Shown here one piece after another: positions 1 through 10,203 of a stretch of 64,000 nucleotides of DNA; positions within the stretch are counted from its first letter, which is position 1, and each line of letters opens with the position of its first letter. The DNA comes from Tissierellia bacterium (GTDB lineage: Bacteria > Bacillota > Clostridia > Tissierellales > Peptoniphilaceae): assembly GCA_012728295.1 (NCBI GenBank), contig JAAYFJ010000022.1, positions 2,006 through 66,005 of the forward strand, read 5' to 3'. The notes beneath the pieces are model-generated. The model saw nothing but the letters and a program-made list of their open reading frames with translations, was not told the DNA's origin and did no database searches. Made by a program: the position numbers and the translations under genes.

Positions 1-168
1 TATGAATTCATTATAGCATATTGATGAAACGTCATAAGCTTTATAAACTATAAACACTTGTTAAGGTCTGTGTAAATGAATTGTAATAATTGTGCAAACC
101 CTGGAATCAACGATATTTATAAGTTTTATCGGGTACATAATCACAACAATAATTAGGAAGGTGATATT

Positions 169-885
169 ATGATTAAGCATTGGAGAGCAGTTGCAGTGGT
201 TATTATATCTCTTATTTCAACATGGCTATTGCTTTTTTTCTTAAAAAATCCGTTATTTAATATTGATATATTTCAAAAGGATATTATTGATTTCTATTTG
301 AACTATGAGCTTTCTACAATAATATTAAGCTTGATATTCTTGTTTATAATATATATTTTGGCAGATAAGGTTCGTTTGAAGTTCTTTAATATTAATAAGT
401 TAGATGGAGAAGTTTTACCCGAGCCTTGGGTTGGTATTGTTCCAAAGAAAAAGGAGAGCTGGAAAAACATAGGATTATCAGTGGGTAGTATCATAACTAT
501 TTCCACAGCGGTGGTGGTGTATTTTCAAACTGCCCATGGTAGAGGAATAACTATTAGCATGTTTCCAGAAGTGCCTATGTTATTGATTTTAGCTCTGATG
601 AATTCTTTTACTGAAGAAGTAATATTTAGACTGTCTTATTCCACAATTATCGCTAACGAAGGATTGAATCCAAGAATTGCAGAAGTGTTGGCAGCTGTTG
701 TCTTTGGAGGTGTTCATTATGTAGGCATTGCACCTAATGGAATTGCTGGAGCTATAATGGCGGGCTATATAGGTTGGTTTCTAGCGAAATCAATAAATGA
801 AACCAATGGATTTTTCTGGGCATGGGTGGTGCACTTTGCCCAAGATGTAGTTATTTTGTTTTTCCTATTTATGAGAAATGGTTAA
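169..885 (+). CDS. CPBP-family (CAAX/Abi-type) intramembrane metalloprotease
   Basis: 238-aa polytopic membrane ORF with the CPBP signature blocks TEEVIFRLSY and a downstream FGGVHY histidine block. GGAAGGTG RBS lies just upstream of the ATG. Confidence 0.75.
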   Translation: MIKHWRAVAVVIISLISTWLLLFFLKNPLFNIDIFQKDIIDFYLNYELSTIILSLIFLFIIYILADKVRLKFFNINKLDGEVLPEPWVGIVPKKKESWKNIGLSVGSIITISTAVVVYFQTAHGRGITISMFPEVPMLLILALMNSFTEEVIFRLSYSTIIANEGLNPRIAEVLAAVVFGGVHYVGIAPNGIAGAIMAGYIGWFLAKSINETNGFFWAWVVHFAQDVVILFFLFMRNG

Positions 886-902
886 AAGGTTTATTATGAT
901 TG

Positions 903-936
903 AGGAGTTTAATCTGCGTGATTAAACTCCTTTTTA
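903..936. terminator. Hairpin terminator between convergent genes
   Basis: AGGAGTTTAATC-tgcgt-GATTAAACTCCT followed by TTTT. It sits between the CPBP stop (885) and the convergent ALDH stop (943). Confidence 0.6.
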
Positions 937-942
937 AATGGA

Positions 943-2418
943 CTATCCTAATAGTCTCTTTATTTTATTGTAGGTACCTTCATCGTAGGGATGATGGCGC
1001 ATGGCGATGTCAAATTGCCACCATTTTCTCAATACGGTTCGATCGTGGCTAAAGGTATAAAAACCTGCTTTTCCATGGTAATTTCCTAGCCCTGAATTTC
1101 CCACACCTCCAAAAGGAGTATTTGCCGAGGCAATATGGAGCAAAGTGTCATTGATACAAGCGCCTCCACTGCTAATAGACTCTAACGTTTTTTCAATGAA
1201 GTCATTGTTCTTAGAAAAAATATATAATGCCAAAGGTTTTTCCATTGTTTTAAACCGGTTTAGCATTTGGTAGGAATCATCCCAAGATATTATGGGGAGC
1301 AAAGGACCAAATATTTCACTTGTCATAATAGGGCTATCCCAAGTTGGTTCTTCAATTAGTACTGGGAAAATTTGTTGACTGCTCTCGTTTAGCATAATTC
1401 CTTCTCTTTTTGCTAAATATTTTTCATCCCAATTGCTAATAAATTCTGGATATATTAGTTTTTCACCTGCAGTTAATCCTTGTAATCTTTGAAAATGCTT
1501 AGGTGTAATTATCTTTGCAAAACTGTCTAAGAAGTAATCGGGGAGTGAAAGGGATTTTTCCAGTTCCAATAGAATGGCAGATACTAGCTTGTCTTTAATG
1601 CTTTTTTCGACCAATAGATAGTCAGGCGCAATGCAAGTTTGCCCGGAATTAGCCAATTTACCAAAGACGATACGCTTCGCAGTCTTTGCTATATCTGCTG
1701 TAGAATCCACTATACAAGGTGATTTGCCTCCTAATTCCAGAGTAATGGGGATTAGTTTTTTTGATGCAGCTTCCATAACTACTTTCCCTACATCAGGACT
1801 GCCTGTGAAGAAGATATAGTCAAAGTCCATTTCCAAGAGCGCACTATTTTCTTTTCGACCACCTTCAATTACTTTAACAAATTCTTTTGGAAAAGCTTCT
1901 TCGCACACTTCTTTTATTATTGTGGAAGTGGCAGGGCTATAGGCAGATGGTTTTACGATGGCGCAGTTTCCAGCTGCAATGGCATCCACAAGTGGCGTTA
2001 ATGCAATGAGGAACGGATAGTTCCAAGGGGCCATAATCAGCACCACTCCATAGGGCTCATATACTATCTTGAGACTACCGGGCATTTGTGCTAAGGCTGG
2101 CAACTTTCTCTTTGGCTTGGCAAATTTTCTAATATGTTTTTTCATATATCGGATTTCGCCTAATAGAGAAGCAATTTCCGTCATATATGCTTCAGCCTTA
2201 GACTTGTGCAAATCTTGATATAAAGCGTCTATTATAGCCTTTTCTTTATTAATAATGACCTTTTCTAAATCGTTTAGGGCTTTTAGCCTAAATTCTATGG
2301 AACGTGTTGCATTTGTATTAAAGAATGTCCTACATTTTTCAAATGAGTCTTGAATGTTCTTTGTATTATATTTCACATCAGAATGAGATTGTTTGTGGTT
2401 AATATTATTATTTTCCAT
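943..2418 (-). CDS. NAD(P)-dependent aldehyde dehydrogenase (ALDH3-like)
   Basis: Catalytic-region motifs ELGGKSP and GQTCIAPDY, about 490 aa. Start moved from the track start (2460) to the internal ATG at 2418 (MENNNINHK), which is preceded by AAGGAG. Confidence 0.85.
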   Translation of the reverse strand: MENNNINHKQSHSDVKYNTKNIQDSFEKCRTFFNTNATRSIEFRLKALNDLEKVIINKEKAIIDALYQDLHKSKAEAYMTEIASLLGEIRYMKKHIRKFAKPKRKLPALAQMPGSLKIVYEPYGVVLIMAPWNYPFLIALTPLVDAIAAGNCAIVKPSAYSPATSTIIKEVCEEAFPKEFVKVIEGGRKENSALLEMDFDYIFFTGSPDVGKVVMEAASKKLIPITLELGGKSPCIVDSTADIAKTAKRIVFGKLANSGQTCIAPDYLLVEKSIKDKLVSAILLELEKSLSLPDYFLDSFAKIITPKHFQRLQGLTAGEKLIYPEFISNWDEKYLAKREGIMLNESSQQIFPVLIEEPTWDSPIMTSEIFGPLLPIISWDDSYQMLNRFKTMEKPLALYIFSKNNDFIEKTLESISSGGACINDTLLHIASANTPFGGVGNSGLGNYHGKAGFYTFSHDRTVLRKWWQFDIAMRHHPYDEGTYNKIKRLLG

Positions 2419-2541
2419 ATTTAGCAACTCCTTATTATATCGCCAAGAATAATTGGACATATTATAATATACCCATATTGGCGACTATGCAGTGATTTAG
2501 TTAATTATATGATATACTAAAATCAATATTATGATAATGGG

Positions 2542-3528
2542 GTGATGAGGGTGGGCAGCGTTACACAGAGAATGAAGCTACTATTCTTAAAAGATATTTT
2601 ATTAAGCCAAACGGATATGGAACATGGAATGACCATGGCAGAGATAATAGAAGCTTTGGCAAGCATGGGGGTAAAAGCTGAAAGAAAATCTATTTATACA
2701 GATATGGAGCTACTTAGAAACTACGGGATTAAAATAGAGACGGTTAAAACCAATACAGTTAGATATTATGTGGAAGAAAGAGATTTTGAATTGGCTGAAT
2801 TGAAAATGCTGGTAGACGCAGTTCAAAGCTCTCGCTTCACAACTCCAAGAAAGACCGATAAGCTTATAAAAAAAATCGCCTCTTTGGCGGGCGTATATCA
2901 AGCGGACAGATTAAATAGGCAATTGATTATTCCAGATCGAGCTAAGACGATAAATGAAAGCATTTTCTATAATATAGATGCAATTCACGAAGCCATTCAC
3001 AGAAAGAGAAAAATCAGCTTTAAATACTTTGATTACAATACTAAAAAGAGACGTATATATCGGAAAGGTGGAGAACTATATTGCGAAACACCGCTGACAT
3101 TGTGTTGGAATGACGATGAATATTATCTAATAGCCTATAATTCAAAACACGAAAAAATAGTACATTATAGAGTGGATCGCATGAGCGATGTAATAGTTTG
3201 CGAAGAAAAGGGTATGAAGCTGTCTAAAAAGGAATTTAATTTAAAAGAATATACTAAGAAACACTTTGGTATGTTCGGAGGTGAGCTAGTCTCTGCAGCT
3301 CTGAGATTCGATAAGAGTTTAGTAAACGTCGTTTTGGATAAATTCGGCAAGGATATTGTAATAATGGACAATGAAGATACCTTTGACATTCATGTTGAGG
3401 TTTCCAATAGCCCTGTTTTTTTAAGTTGGATTTTTCAATTTAGGGGATTGGCAAAAATTGTGGCACCTAAAGAACTACAAAGAGATATGCTGGAAATAAT
3501 AGAGAAAAACATAAACAACTATAAATAA
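2542..3528 (+). CDS. WYL-domain transcriptional regulator (wHTH + WYL + WCX-like C-terminus)
   Basis: N-terminal winged HTH (MTMAEIIEALASMGVKAERKSIYTDMELLRNYGIKIE). WYL-type core (ISFKYFDYN...EYYLIAYNSKHEKIVHYRVDRM). C-terminal extension typical of PafBC/BrxR/CapW-like proteins. The true start is uncertain (GTG 2542, ATG 2545 or ATG 2572). Confidence 0.75.
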   Translation: MMRVGSVTQRMKLLFLKDILLSQTDMEHGMTMAEIIEALASMGVKAERKSIYTDMELLRNYGIKIETVKTNTVRYYVEERDFELAELKMLVDAVQSSRFTTPRKTDKLIKKIASLAGVYQADRLNRQLIIPDRAKTINESIFYNIDAIHEAIHRKRKISFKYFDYNTKKRRIYRKGGELYCETPLTLCWNDDEYYLIAYNSKHEKIVHYRVDRMSDVIVCEEKGMKLSKKEFNLKEYTKKHFGMFGGELVSAALRFDKSLVNVVLDKFGKDIVIMDNEDTFDIHVEVSNSPVFLSWIFQFRGLAKIVAPKELQRDMLEIIEKNINNYK

Positions 3529-3593
3529 CTGCGCATAGTCCGTACTAATGGACAAACCTTCTGTTATTCTTATAATAAGAAGGAGGTGCAGTA

Positions 3594-4052
3594 ATGGATG
3601 GTAAGTTATACTTTATTTCAATTACGGGATTAAACCACTATTATGGAATTAATCCATTTCACGTAGGCGACTTTTTCACTTTAGTTAAGGAGCCGGATAA
3701 TCTTTATGACCACCATGCAATAATGGTAAAAGCACCTTTATTGGGGAAAATAGGCTATGTAGCTAACAGCTATTATACCGTAGTAGACGGTACCATGGGA
3801 GCTAGTGAATTATATAAGCATGTGCCTGAAGAATGTGTAGCTCAAATAATGTTTATGACATCATCGTCTATAATAGCTAAGGTGCTTCCTGATGTAAAGC
3901 TGAAAGTGGACATCTCTGTAACGCTGGAGAAGATAAATAATGAAGACAACATGGGAGAGAGTATTAAAGATAATGTAACTGACAATAAGTTTGCAAACAA
4001 AGGCACTATCACACTGACTAAAGAAGAGTTAAGTCGATTGTTGGGAGAATAA
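3594..4052 (+). CDS. Small stand-alone HIRAN-domain protein
   Basis: The first ~70 aa fit the HIRAN signature (ITGLNHYYG...VGDFFTLVKEPDNLYDHHAIMVKAPLLGKIGYVANS). Strong RBS AAGGAGGTG. The C-terminal half has no recognisable domain. Confidence 0.6.
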   Translation: MDGKLYFISITGLNHYYGINPFHVGDFFTLVKEPDNLYDHHAIMVKAPLLGKIGYVANSYYTVVDGTMGASELYKHVPEECVAQIMFMTSSSIIAKVLPDVKLKVDISVTLEKINNEDNMGESIKDNVTDNKFANKGTITLTKEELSRLLGE

Positions 4053-4093
4053 GTATCTAAAGCACCAAAATAAAAACATCCCTCTATCATAAG

Positions 4094-4157
4094 CCCCCTA
4101 GTCCTGTTCGGATGTAGCAACCCCCTAAATCCGGATACGGACTAGGGGGTTGCTTTA
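4094..4157. terminator. Convergent terminator region with mutually exclusive hairpins
   Basis: GCAACCCCCTA (4117-4127) pairs with TAGGGGGTTGC (4143-4153). Alternatively CCCCCTAGTCC (4094-4104) pairs with GGACTAGGGGG (4139-4149). Only a weak T-run follows. Confidence 0.5.
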
Positions 4158-4182
4158 TAGAATATTATTTTGTAGATTTTAA

Positions 4183-6243
4183 TTATCTATTACTGGAAAA
4201 TACGAATTGATAAACCATCAAAGCTCCTTCTTCTCTAGTTAAACTAGATGTGGGATTAATTTTTCCGGAAGCATCTTTTTGCAAATAGCCAAAGCCATAA
4301 GCAAGGTTAATATATCCCATGTCCTCACCTAATGAAGACGTATCATTGGAAACAGGTTTATAAATTCCTTCTAGCTTAGCAACGTGATCTAAATGTTTGC
4401 TTCGTATCATGGCCTTAGTTGCAAGTAATTTAGTAATGGGTTCATCAGCTTTGTATTCGCCATCTTCCAAGTACTTCAGTGACAATAGCGTTTTTTCCAA
4501 CTTTTGCAATTGGAAGTAGTTTCCAGAAGCCTTTAGAAGCATGGAAAAGAAGTCTTTTTGCAGTAGAGTTCCCTCGGGGTTAAACTCCTCTTGCGCATAT
4601 AGGATACCCATATCAGATAGGGTTTTAATTTTATCTTTTTCAACAATTTTTTCCCAGTCAGTATAAGGGTGGTCTTTATTAATAGAGCGGTCTAGTTTAC
4701 CATTGGCATCTAAAAAGTTTCCAGTATTAGCATGGATAATGAAAGATTGTCCTAATTCAAAATCGTATACTAGCTTAACATTTGATTTTCCTTCCCAATG
4801 TTGATTTTCGTTGTAATAGGCTAATCTATAGGGCTTATTTTTCCACAGTAATTCCTTGGCCTTTTCGACACCAATTTCATTATCTACTTTTGGCAATTGT
4901 CCATCATACCAATTCAAGAAAAAAGATTGAATCTTGTTGGTCTTAGCATTTACTTCAATGGTAATGCCATCGCCTATAACATATCGACCATTGGCTTTTC
5001 GAACAAATACGAAGTTGTGTGTAAATCCATTGCTTTTACCTTGGCGTAGAAGCTCTAATTCACCCTTATATGGAGCTGCAACTTTATCGACTATTGCTTC
5101 AACCACTTTCTTAGATTGTTCATAGCTATATTTCTGATTTCCCTCTTTGCCATAGCTAATGTAGCGAACTACTTGCCCAGTTAAGGCATCTACAGCACCG
5201 CCGTAATATTGTTCTCCCATTTCAAAGGAAAAGTCGTAAATATATTTTTTTTCTGAGTCAATTTGTTTTGAAATATGAGAATTTTTCAAAATGGCATCTG
5301 CTGGTATGCCAAAGGCAGTTCTTAATTTGTTCTCGGCATCTTTTGCAGTTATTAATCCTCTTATTGCCTCAGCAGCAGCTTGTTCAGCTGGGGACAGCAA
5401 ATTTTGTTCAGGCATTCCTGCATCTTTAGCTTCTGCTACACCATTACCGTATCCACCATAGAAGTAATTTAAGGGGATAGGTTTTCCGTCAACAGCATTA
5501 ACCTTCCAATCTGCATATAGATTGGTATATACGGGGACATATTCTACTTTGCTCATATCTTCCTCGGAAGGAAATTTAATATATGCAGGAACAGGTCCCA
5601 TTTCTTTTTCAAATACTTTCTTTGCTTCATCTATGGAGATTATTTTCTTTGAATCGGGGAAAGTTATGTCTTTTTTGCTTTCACCTTGACCCCATGTAAA
5701 TTCATAGTGTATCAGCTCACCGGTGAAACGGTTAATGGTAATATTGGCATAGTTTTGTTCAAAAGGAATTCCGGATACATGTCTATAGTACGTAATAACA
5801 GCTCTTTGAGCGTCATAGACATTATTCGCAAGATTTTTAGACTCGCTTCTCTTCAGCTCGTTCACATGCTCGGGGCATATTTTTTTCAAATATTCGTCAG
5901 CCTTTTTAACTGCATCTTCATCACTTATGGGATTTCCTGAAGGAGTTGTGGAATCATCGTTAATGTAATAGGAGTGAATAACTTGATTGCTATCTATTGT
6001 AACCCCAATATCTAGTAATTTACCTTTGGAATCATGCCAGTTCAAATTATATACTTTTACATCGTCATAAGTTGACAAATAGAAATCAAATTTATCATAT
6101 TCTGAGGAAATATTGAAAATCTTTTTGGATTTAAGGACTATTTTTTCCATTTCAGGGTCCACTCCTGTTGAAGGAGCAGCATATGTGCTCAATGTGCCTA
6201 TTAATAGAATTGATAGTAGTAACATGGATAAGAAACGTTTCAT
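4183..6243 (-). CDS. Secreted cell-wall-associated protein, PepSY/YcdB-like repeats plus C-terminal SLH modules
   Basis: Sec signal peptide (MKRFLSMLLLSILLIGTLSTYAAP). Three SLH-like segments in the last ~150 aa (e.g. FNPEGTLLQKDFFSMLLKASG, INPTSSLTREEGALMVYQFV). Confidence 0.7.
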   Translation of the reverse strand: MKRFLSMLLLSILLIGTLSTYAAPSTGVDPEMEKIVLKSKKIFNISSEYDKFDFYLSTYDDVKVYNLNWHDSKGKLLDIGVTIDSNQVIHSYYINDDSTTPSGNPISDEDAVKKADEYLKKICPEHVNELKRSESKNLANNVYDAQRAVITYYRHVSGIPFEQNYANITINRFTGELIHYEFTWGQGESKKDITFPDSKKIISIDEAKKVFEKEMGPVPAYIKFPSEEDMSKVEYVPVYTNLYADWKVNAVDGKPIPLNYFYGGYGNGVAEAKDAGMPEQNLLSPAEQAAAEAIRGLITAKDAENKLRTAFGIPADAILKNSHISKQIDSEKKYIYDFSFEMGEQYYGGAVDALTGQVVRYISYGKEGNQKYSYEQSKKVVEAIVDKVAAPYKGELELLRQGKSNGFTHNFVFVRKANGRYVIGDGITIEVNAKTNKIQSFFLNWYDGQLPKVDNEIGVEKAKELLWKNKPYRLAYYNENQHWEGKSNVKLVYDFELGQSFIIHANTGNFLDANGKLDRSINKDHPYTDWEKIVEKDKIKTLSDMGILYAQEEFNPEGTLLQKDFFSMLLKASGNYFQLQKLEKTLLSLKYLEDGEYKADEPITKLLATKAMIRSKHLDHVAKLEGIYKPVSNDTSSLGEDMGYINLAYGFGYLQKDASGKINPTSSLTREEGALMVYQFVFSSNR

Positions 6244-6621
6244 AACATGACCTCCTGTTTTTTTATTAGAAATGCCGTTCAGTTCATAAAATACGCTTTC
6301 AATGATAAGAATACTTTAATTGAGTATAGCATAATAATATTAAGGATTCGTGACAATAGAATTACAATTTGAGTCATATAATTAAGCGGTTATAAAAAAG
6401 AACAATTTGACACATAGTGTCGAGATGGCGTTGAGCTGATGGAATAGCAGTGTCTACGTGTCAAATAGATAATACAAATAACAGATACAAGGAGTATAGA
6501 TATTATCTATAGGCTGAGAGCTATTATCATATTTACATTATAATAGCATAATCTATAATGAGGATATTGTCCCATGTGGAGGGCATTTGAACAAAATACT
6601 TTAAAGAAATAAGGAGGAAAA

Positions 6622-8319
6622 ATGAAAAGGTCATTATCATTTGTATTAATTCTAATGCTTTTGCTAGGATCATTGGTAGGTTGTGGAGCTAACGAAGAAG
6701 CTAAGCCTGCAGAAGAACCAGCAGAAGCAGAAACTACGGAAACGGCAGAGGGCGCTGCTAAAGAGGAAGTGGTTTACGCACTTACCACATCACCATCTGG
6801 AGTGTTCCATCCTTTACTTGCTGACTCAACATATGATGTAGCTGTGAATAGCTTGGTTTTCGCATCATTGATGACAGTAAATCCTAAAGGTGAAGTAGAG
6901 CCATATTTGGCAACGGAAGTAAACGTTTCAGAAGATGGTAAGTCCATAACTTACAAACTAGCTGATAATGCTAAGTGGCATGATGGACAACCTGTTACAG
7001 CAGCTGACGTGGAATTTACACTTACTTCCATGGCTGACAAAGACTATGTTGGTTCCAACTTTAATGACGTTGAGTTAATTAAAGGAGCTAAAGCATATCA
7101 CGGTGGAGAAGCAGAAGCTATTGAAGGAATTGTAGTTGAAGACGAACACACTATAACGATTGCATTTGAAGAAGAATCAGCACCTGCTGTTACAAATATT
7201 GGAACTACAGGAATTATTCCTAAACACATCTGGGAAGGCGTGGCAATGGGAGAGTGGGAGCAACAAACAGAGTTAATGAATAAACCTGTGGGCTGTGGAC
7301 CATATGCTCTAACAGAGTTCCAAAACGATCAATATGTGAAATTTGAAGGAGCAAGCGATTTCTTCCTAGGAGAGCCCGCAACTAAATCTCTAATTTTTAA
7401 AGTAATCAACGCTGACACTACTGAGGCTGAATTTGCAGCAAAGACTATTGATATTGCAGATGTTGCAGACTTATCAAAAGATGATGTAAAAGCTTTAACC
7501 GACACAGGATTAAAATTGGTTTCATATCCTAACTACATGTATCAATACATGGGATTTAACTTGAGAAACCCAATTCTTAGCGACGTGGCTGTAAGACAAG
7601 CGTTTATGTATGCAATAAATAGAAAAGGTATTGTAGATGAGCTAATTGAAGGTAGAGGAGTAGTTGTAAACGTGCCAATGCTTCCAAGTGGGTGGGCGTA
7701 TCAAACTGGTGCAGAGCTTAACGAATACCCTCATGATGTTGAAAAAGCTAAAGAACTGTTGACCGAAGCTGGCTGGGCAGATTCAGACGGAGACGGAATC
7801 TTGGATAAAGATGGACAAAACTTGTCATTCACTCTTTTAGTTGGAAAAGGCAATGTTAAGCGTGAGCAAAGTGCTTTGATTATTCAAGAAAACTTAAAAG
7901 AAGCTGGAATCAACATTGAAATTGAAACTATGGACTTCTCAGCTCTTATTGAACAAGCTGTTACTAATCATGATTTCGAACTATATCTAATGGGAAATAC
8001 ACTTTCCGTAGATCCAGATCCAAAGCCTTTCTGGCACTCAGATGCAGTATCAGATGAAGTTGGCGTACAAGGATATAATATTGTAGGTTATAGAAACGAT
8101 GAAGTAGATGCATTGATTGAAAAAGGTATTGCTGAATTAGATCAAGCTGAAAGAGCAAAAATCTATGAGGAATATGCGAAAATATTAAATCAAGATGTTC
8201 CACAAGTATTCTTATACTGCCAAGACATTGAGAAAGTATATAATCCTGGGCTTACAAATTTTGAACCATCCTCATTTAATCAATTCTATAATATCCATAA
8301 GTGGAGTATTACTGAGTAA
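6622..8319 (+). CDS. Peptide/nickel ABC transporter substrate-binding lipoprotein (family 5, OppA/DppA-like)
   Basis: Lipobox LVGCGAN, a 565-aa family-5 SBP architecture, RBS AAGGAGG. Confidence 0.9.
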   Translation: MKRSLSFVLILMLLLGSLVGCGANEEAKPAEEPAEAETTETAEGAAKEEVVYALTTSPSGVFHPLLADSTYDVAVNSLVFASLMTVNPKGEVEPYLATEVNVSEDGKSITYKLADNAKWHDGQPVTAADVEFTLTSMADKDYVGSNFNDVELIKGAKAYHGGEAEAIEGIVVEDEHTITIAFEEESAPAVTNIGTTGIIPKHIWEGVAMGEWEQQTELMNKPVGCGPYALTEFQNDQYVKFEGASDFFLGEPATKSLIFKVINADTTEAEFAAKTIDIADVADLSKDDVKALTDTGLKLVSYPNYMYQYMGFNLRNPILSDVAVRQAFMYAINRKGIVDELIEGRGVVVNVPMLPSGWAYQTGAELNEYPHDVEKAKELLTEAGWADSDGDGILDKDGQNLSFTLLVGKGNVKREQSALIIQENLKEAGINIEIETMDFSALIEQAVTNHDFELYLMGNTLSVDPDPKPFWHSDAVSDEVGVQGYNIVGYRNDEVDALIEKGIAELDQAERAKIYEEYAKILNQDVPQVFLYCQDIEKVYNPGLTNFEPSSFNQFYNIHKWSITE

Positions 8320-8384
8320 TGGTGTTAAAAGCAGCCGGTAAGCCTAAAAGGCTACCGGTTGTTTTTTTAAAGGGCGTGGAGTAG

Positions 8385-9368
8385 ATGAAGTATTTGATAA
8401 AACGATTTAAAATGGCTTTAATAGTTCTGGCAGCAGTGTCCATAATAATATTTATTATGATTCACCTACAGCCGGGTAATCCTTATGCCAATATGATCGA
8501 TCCTTCAGTGCCGCCGGAGATGGTTGAAAAAAGATTGGAAAGCATAGGTTATTATGACCCTGTGCCAATTCAGTATATAAAATGGGTGGGCAGACTTCTT
8601 AGAGGAGATATGGGATATTCCATAGTATATAAGGCGCCGGTTGCTTCTTTAATCACCAAAGCCTTAAAGAATACCATAGTTTTGTCAGCTGCTTCGTTAA
8701 TAGTTAGTACGCTGATTTCAATATTACTTGGACTTTTATCGGCGGAAAAACCAAATTCCATAATAGATAATATTATTAATGCCTTGTGCTTTACCGGTAT
8801 ATCACTACCAACATTTTTCATAGGTTTGATGTTTGTTAAAATATTCAGTCTTTCACTAGGATGGTTTCCGGCATCGGGAATGAAAACTTTGACAGGAAAC
8901 CTCAAGGGTTTCAAATTATTCTTGGACATGGTGAAGCATGCCGCATTGCCTGTGGGGGTTTTGGCGTTTACACAGATTGCTGTAATAACACGTTATATTA
9001 GATCTGCTATGATAAAAGCTTCCAGGGAGGACTTCATTTTAGCAGCGAAAGCTAGAGGCTTAACTCATAGAAAAAGCTTAATAAGCTATGGGCTTAGGAA
9101 TTCTATGGTTACAATAATCACTGTGGTGGGCATGCAATTGCCAGTGCTATTTTCTGGAGCGCTGATTACAGAAACGGTATTTGTTTGGCCGGGAATGGGC
9201 TTATTGAATTATAATGCGGTGCTGAGCAAGGACTACCCGTTGATAATGGGAATTACAATGATGGTGGCAGTATTAATCATTGCCTCTAACTTGTTGGCTG
9301 ATGTGCTTTACGTAGTGGTAGATCCGCGTATTAGATTAACTGGTGAGGGGGATGAAAATGCAAAGTAA
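8385..9368 (+). CDS. Peptide ABC transporter permease (OppB/DppB-like)
   Basis: Polytopic protein with BPD-transporter EAA-type loop (AAKARGLTHRKSLISYGLRNS). Confidence 0.9.
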   Translation: MKYLIKRFKMALIVLAAVSIIIFIMIHLQPGNPYANMIDPSVPPEMVEKRLESIGYYDPVPIQYIKWVGRLLRGDMGYSIVYKAPVASLITKALKNTIVLSAASLIVSTLISILLGLLSAEKPNSIIDNIINALCFTGISLPTFFIGLMFVKIFSLSLGWFPASGMKTLTGNLKGFKLFLDMVKHAALPVGVLAFTQIAVITRYIRSAMIKASREDFILAAKARGLTHRKSLISYGLRNSMVTIITVVGMQLPVLFSGALITETVFVWPGMGLLNYNAVLSKDYPLIMGITMMVAVLIIASNLLADVLYVVVDPRIRLTGEGDENAK

Positions 9369-10203
9369 AATCAAATCCCTTGGACTTAATCGAAAGATAA
9401 TTGCAGGACTTTCAATAATTGTAGTATTGACATTAATTGCAATTTTAGGGCCTTTTTTATCATCCTATTCAATTAGTGAAACGGATTTAATGCACATAAA
9501 AAGCTCTCCATCTGATAACCATATTTTAGGAACTGACGAAGTTGGAAGAGATGTACTTGCAAGATTGATATACGGCGGAAGGGTGTCCTTGGGTGTGGGA
9601 ATTTCTGCCATGGCAATGCAAGTTAGCATTGGAGTTCTATTGGGTTCACTGGCAGGCTATCTTGGAGGCTTTGTAGACAGATTGATTTCTGGCATCATAG
9701 ATACTATTATGTGTTTCCCATTTTTCGTAGCGGCGCTATTTGCAGCTTCCATATCCGGTGCAGGCACAGCGAATATAGTGATTATTTGTGGTCTATTAAT
9801 GTGGCCTTCGGTGGCACGGGTTGTGCGAGGTGAGATTCTCTCAGTAAAGGAGAGAAACTATATTATGGGAGCAAGAGCCATGGGACTTAGCAAATCAGAG
9901 ATACTATTCAGATATATTCTACCTAATGTCGCCCATGCTATTGTGGTGGCAGCGACTTTAGCTATTGCCAACGGAATATTAACAGAAGCTTCGCTTAGTT
10001 TCTTGGGGTTAGGAGTAAATCCTCCGACACCTAGTTGGGGCAATATGCTAAGTGCAGCTCAAAATCTATCTGCCCTTAAGAGCAGATGGTGGTTATGGAT
10101 GCCACCGGCTATGATGATAGGGATTACGACATTTGGGTTCCACATCCTCGGGGAAGGCCTTAGGGAAAGATGGTCTCCTAAAGATAGGGGGGGCTCCTCA
10201 TGA
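9352..10203 (+). CDS. Peptide ABC transporter permease (OppC/DppC-like)
   Basis: Polytopic, EAA loop (GARAMGLSKSEILFRYILPN). The track start is GTG 9343. ATG 9352 or 9358 is better placed behind GGTGAGGGGG. Confidence 0.9.
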   Translation: MKMQSKIKSLGLNRKIIAGLSIIVVLTLIAILGPFLSSYSISETDLMHIKSSPSDNHILGTDEVGRDVLARLIYGGRVSLGVGISAMAMQVSIGVLLGSLAGYLGGFVDRLISGIIDTIMCFPFFVAALFAASISGAGTANIVIICGLLMWPSVARVVRGEILSVKERNYIMGARAMGLSKSEILFRYILPNVAHAIVVAATLAIANGILTEASLSFLGLGVNPPTPSWGNMLSAAQNLSALKSRWWLWMPPAMMIGITTFGFHILGEGLRERWSPKDRGGSS

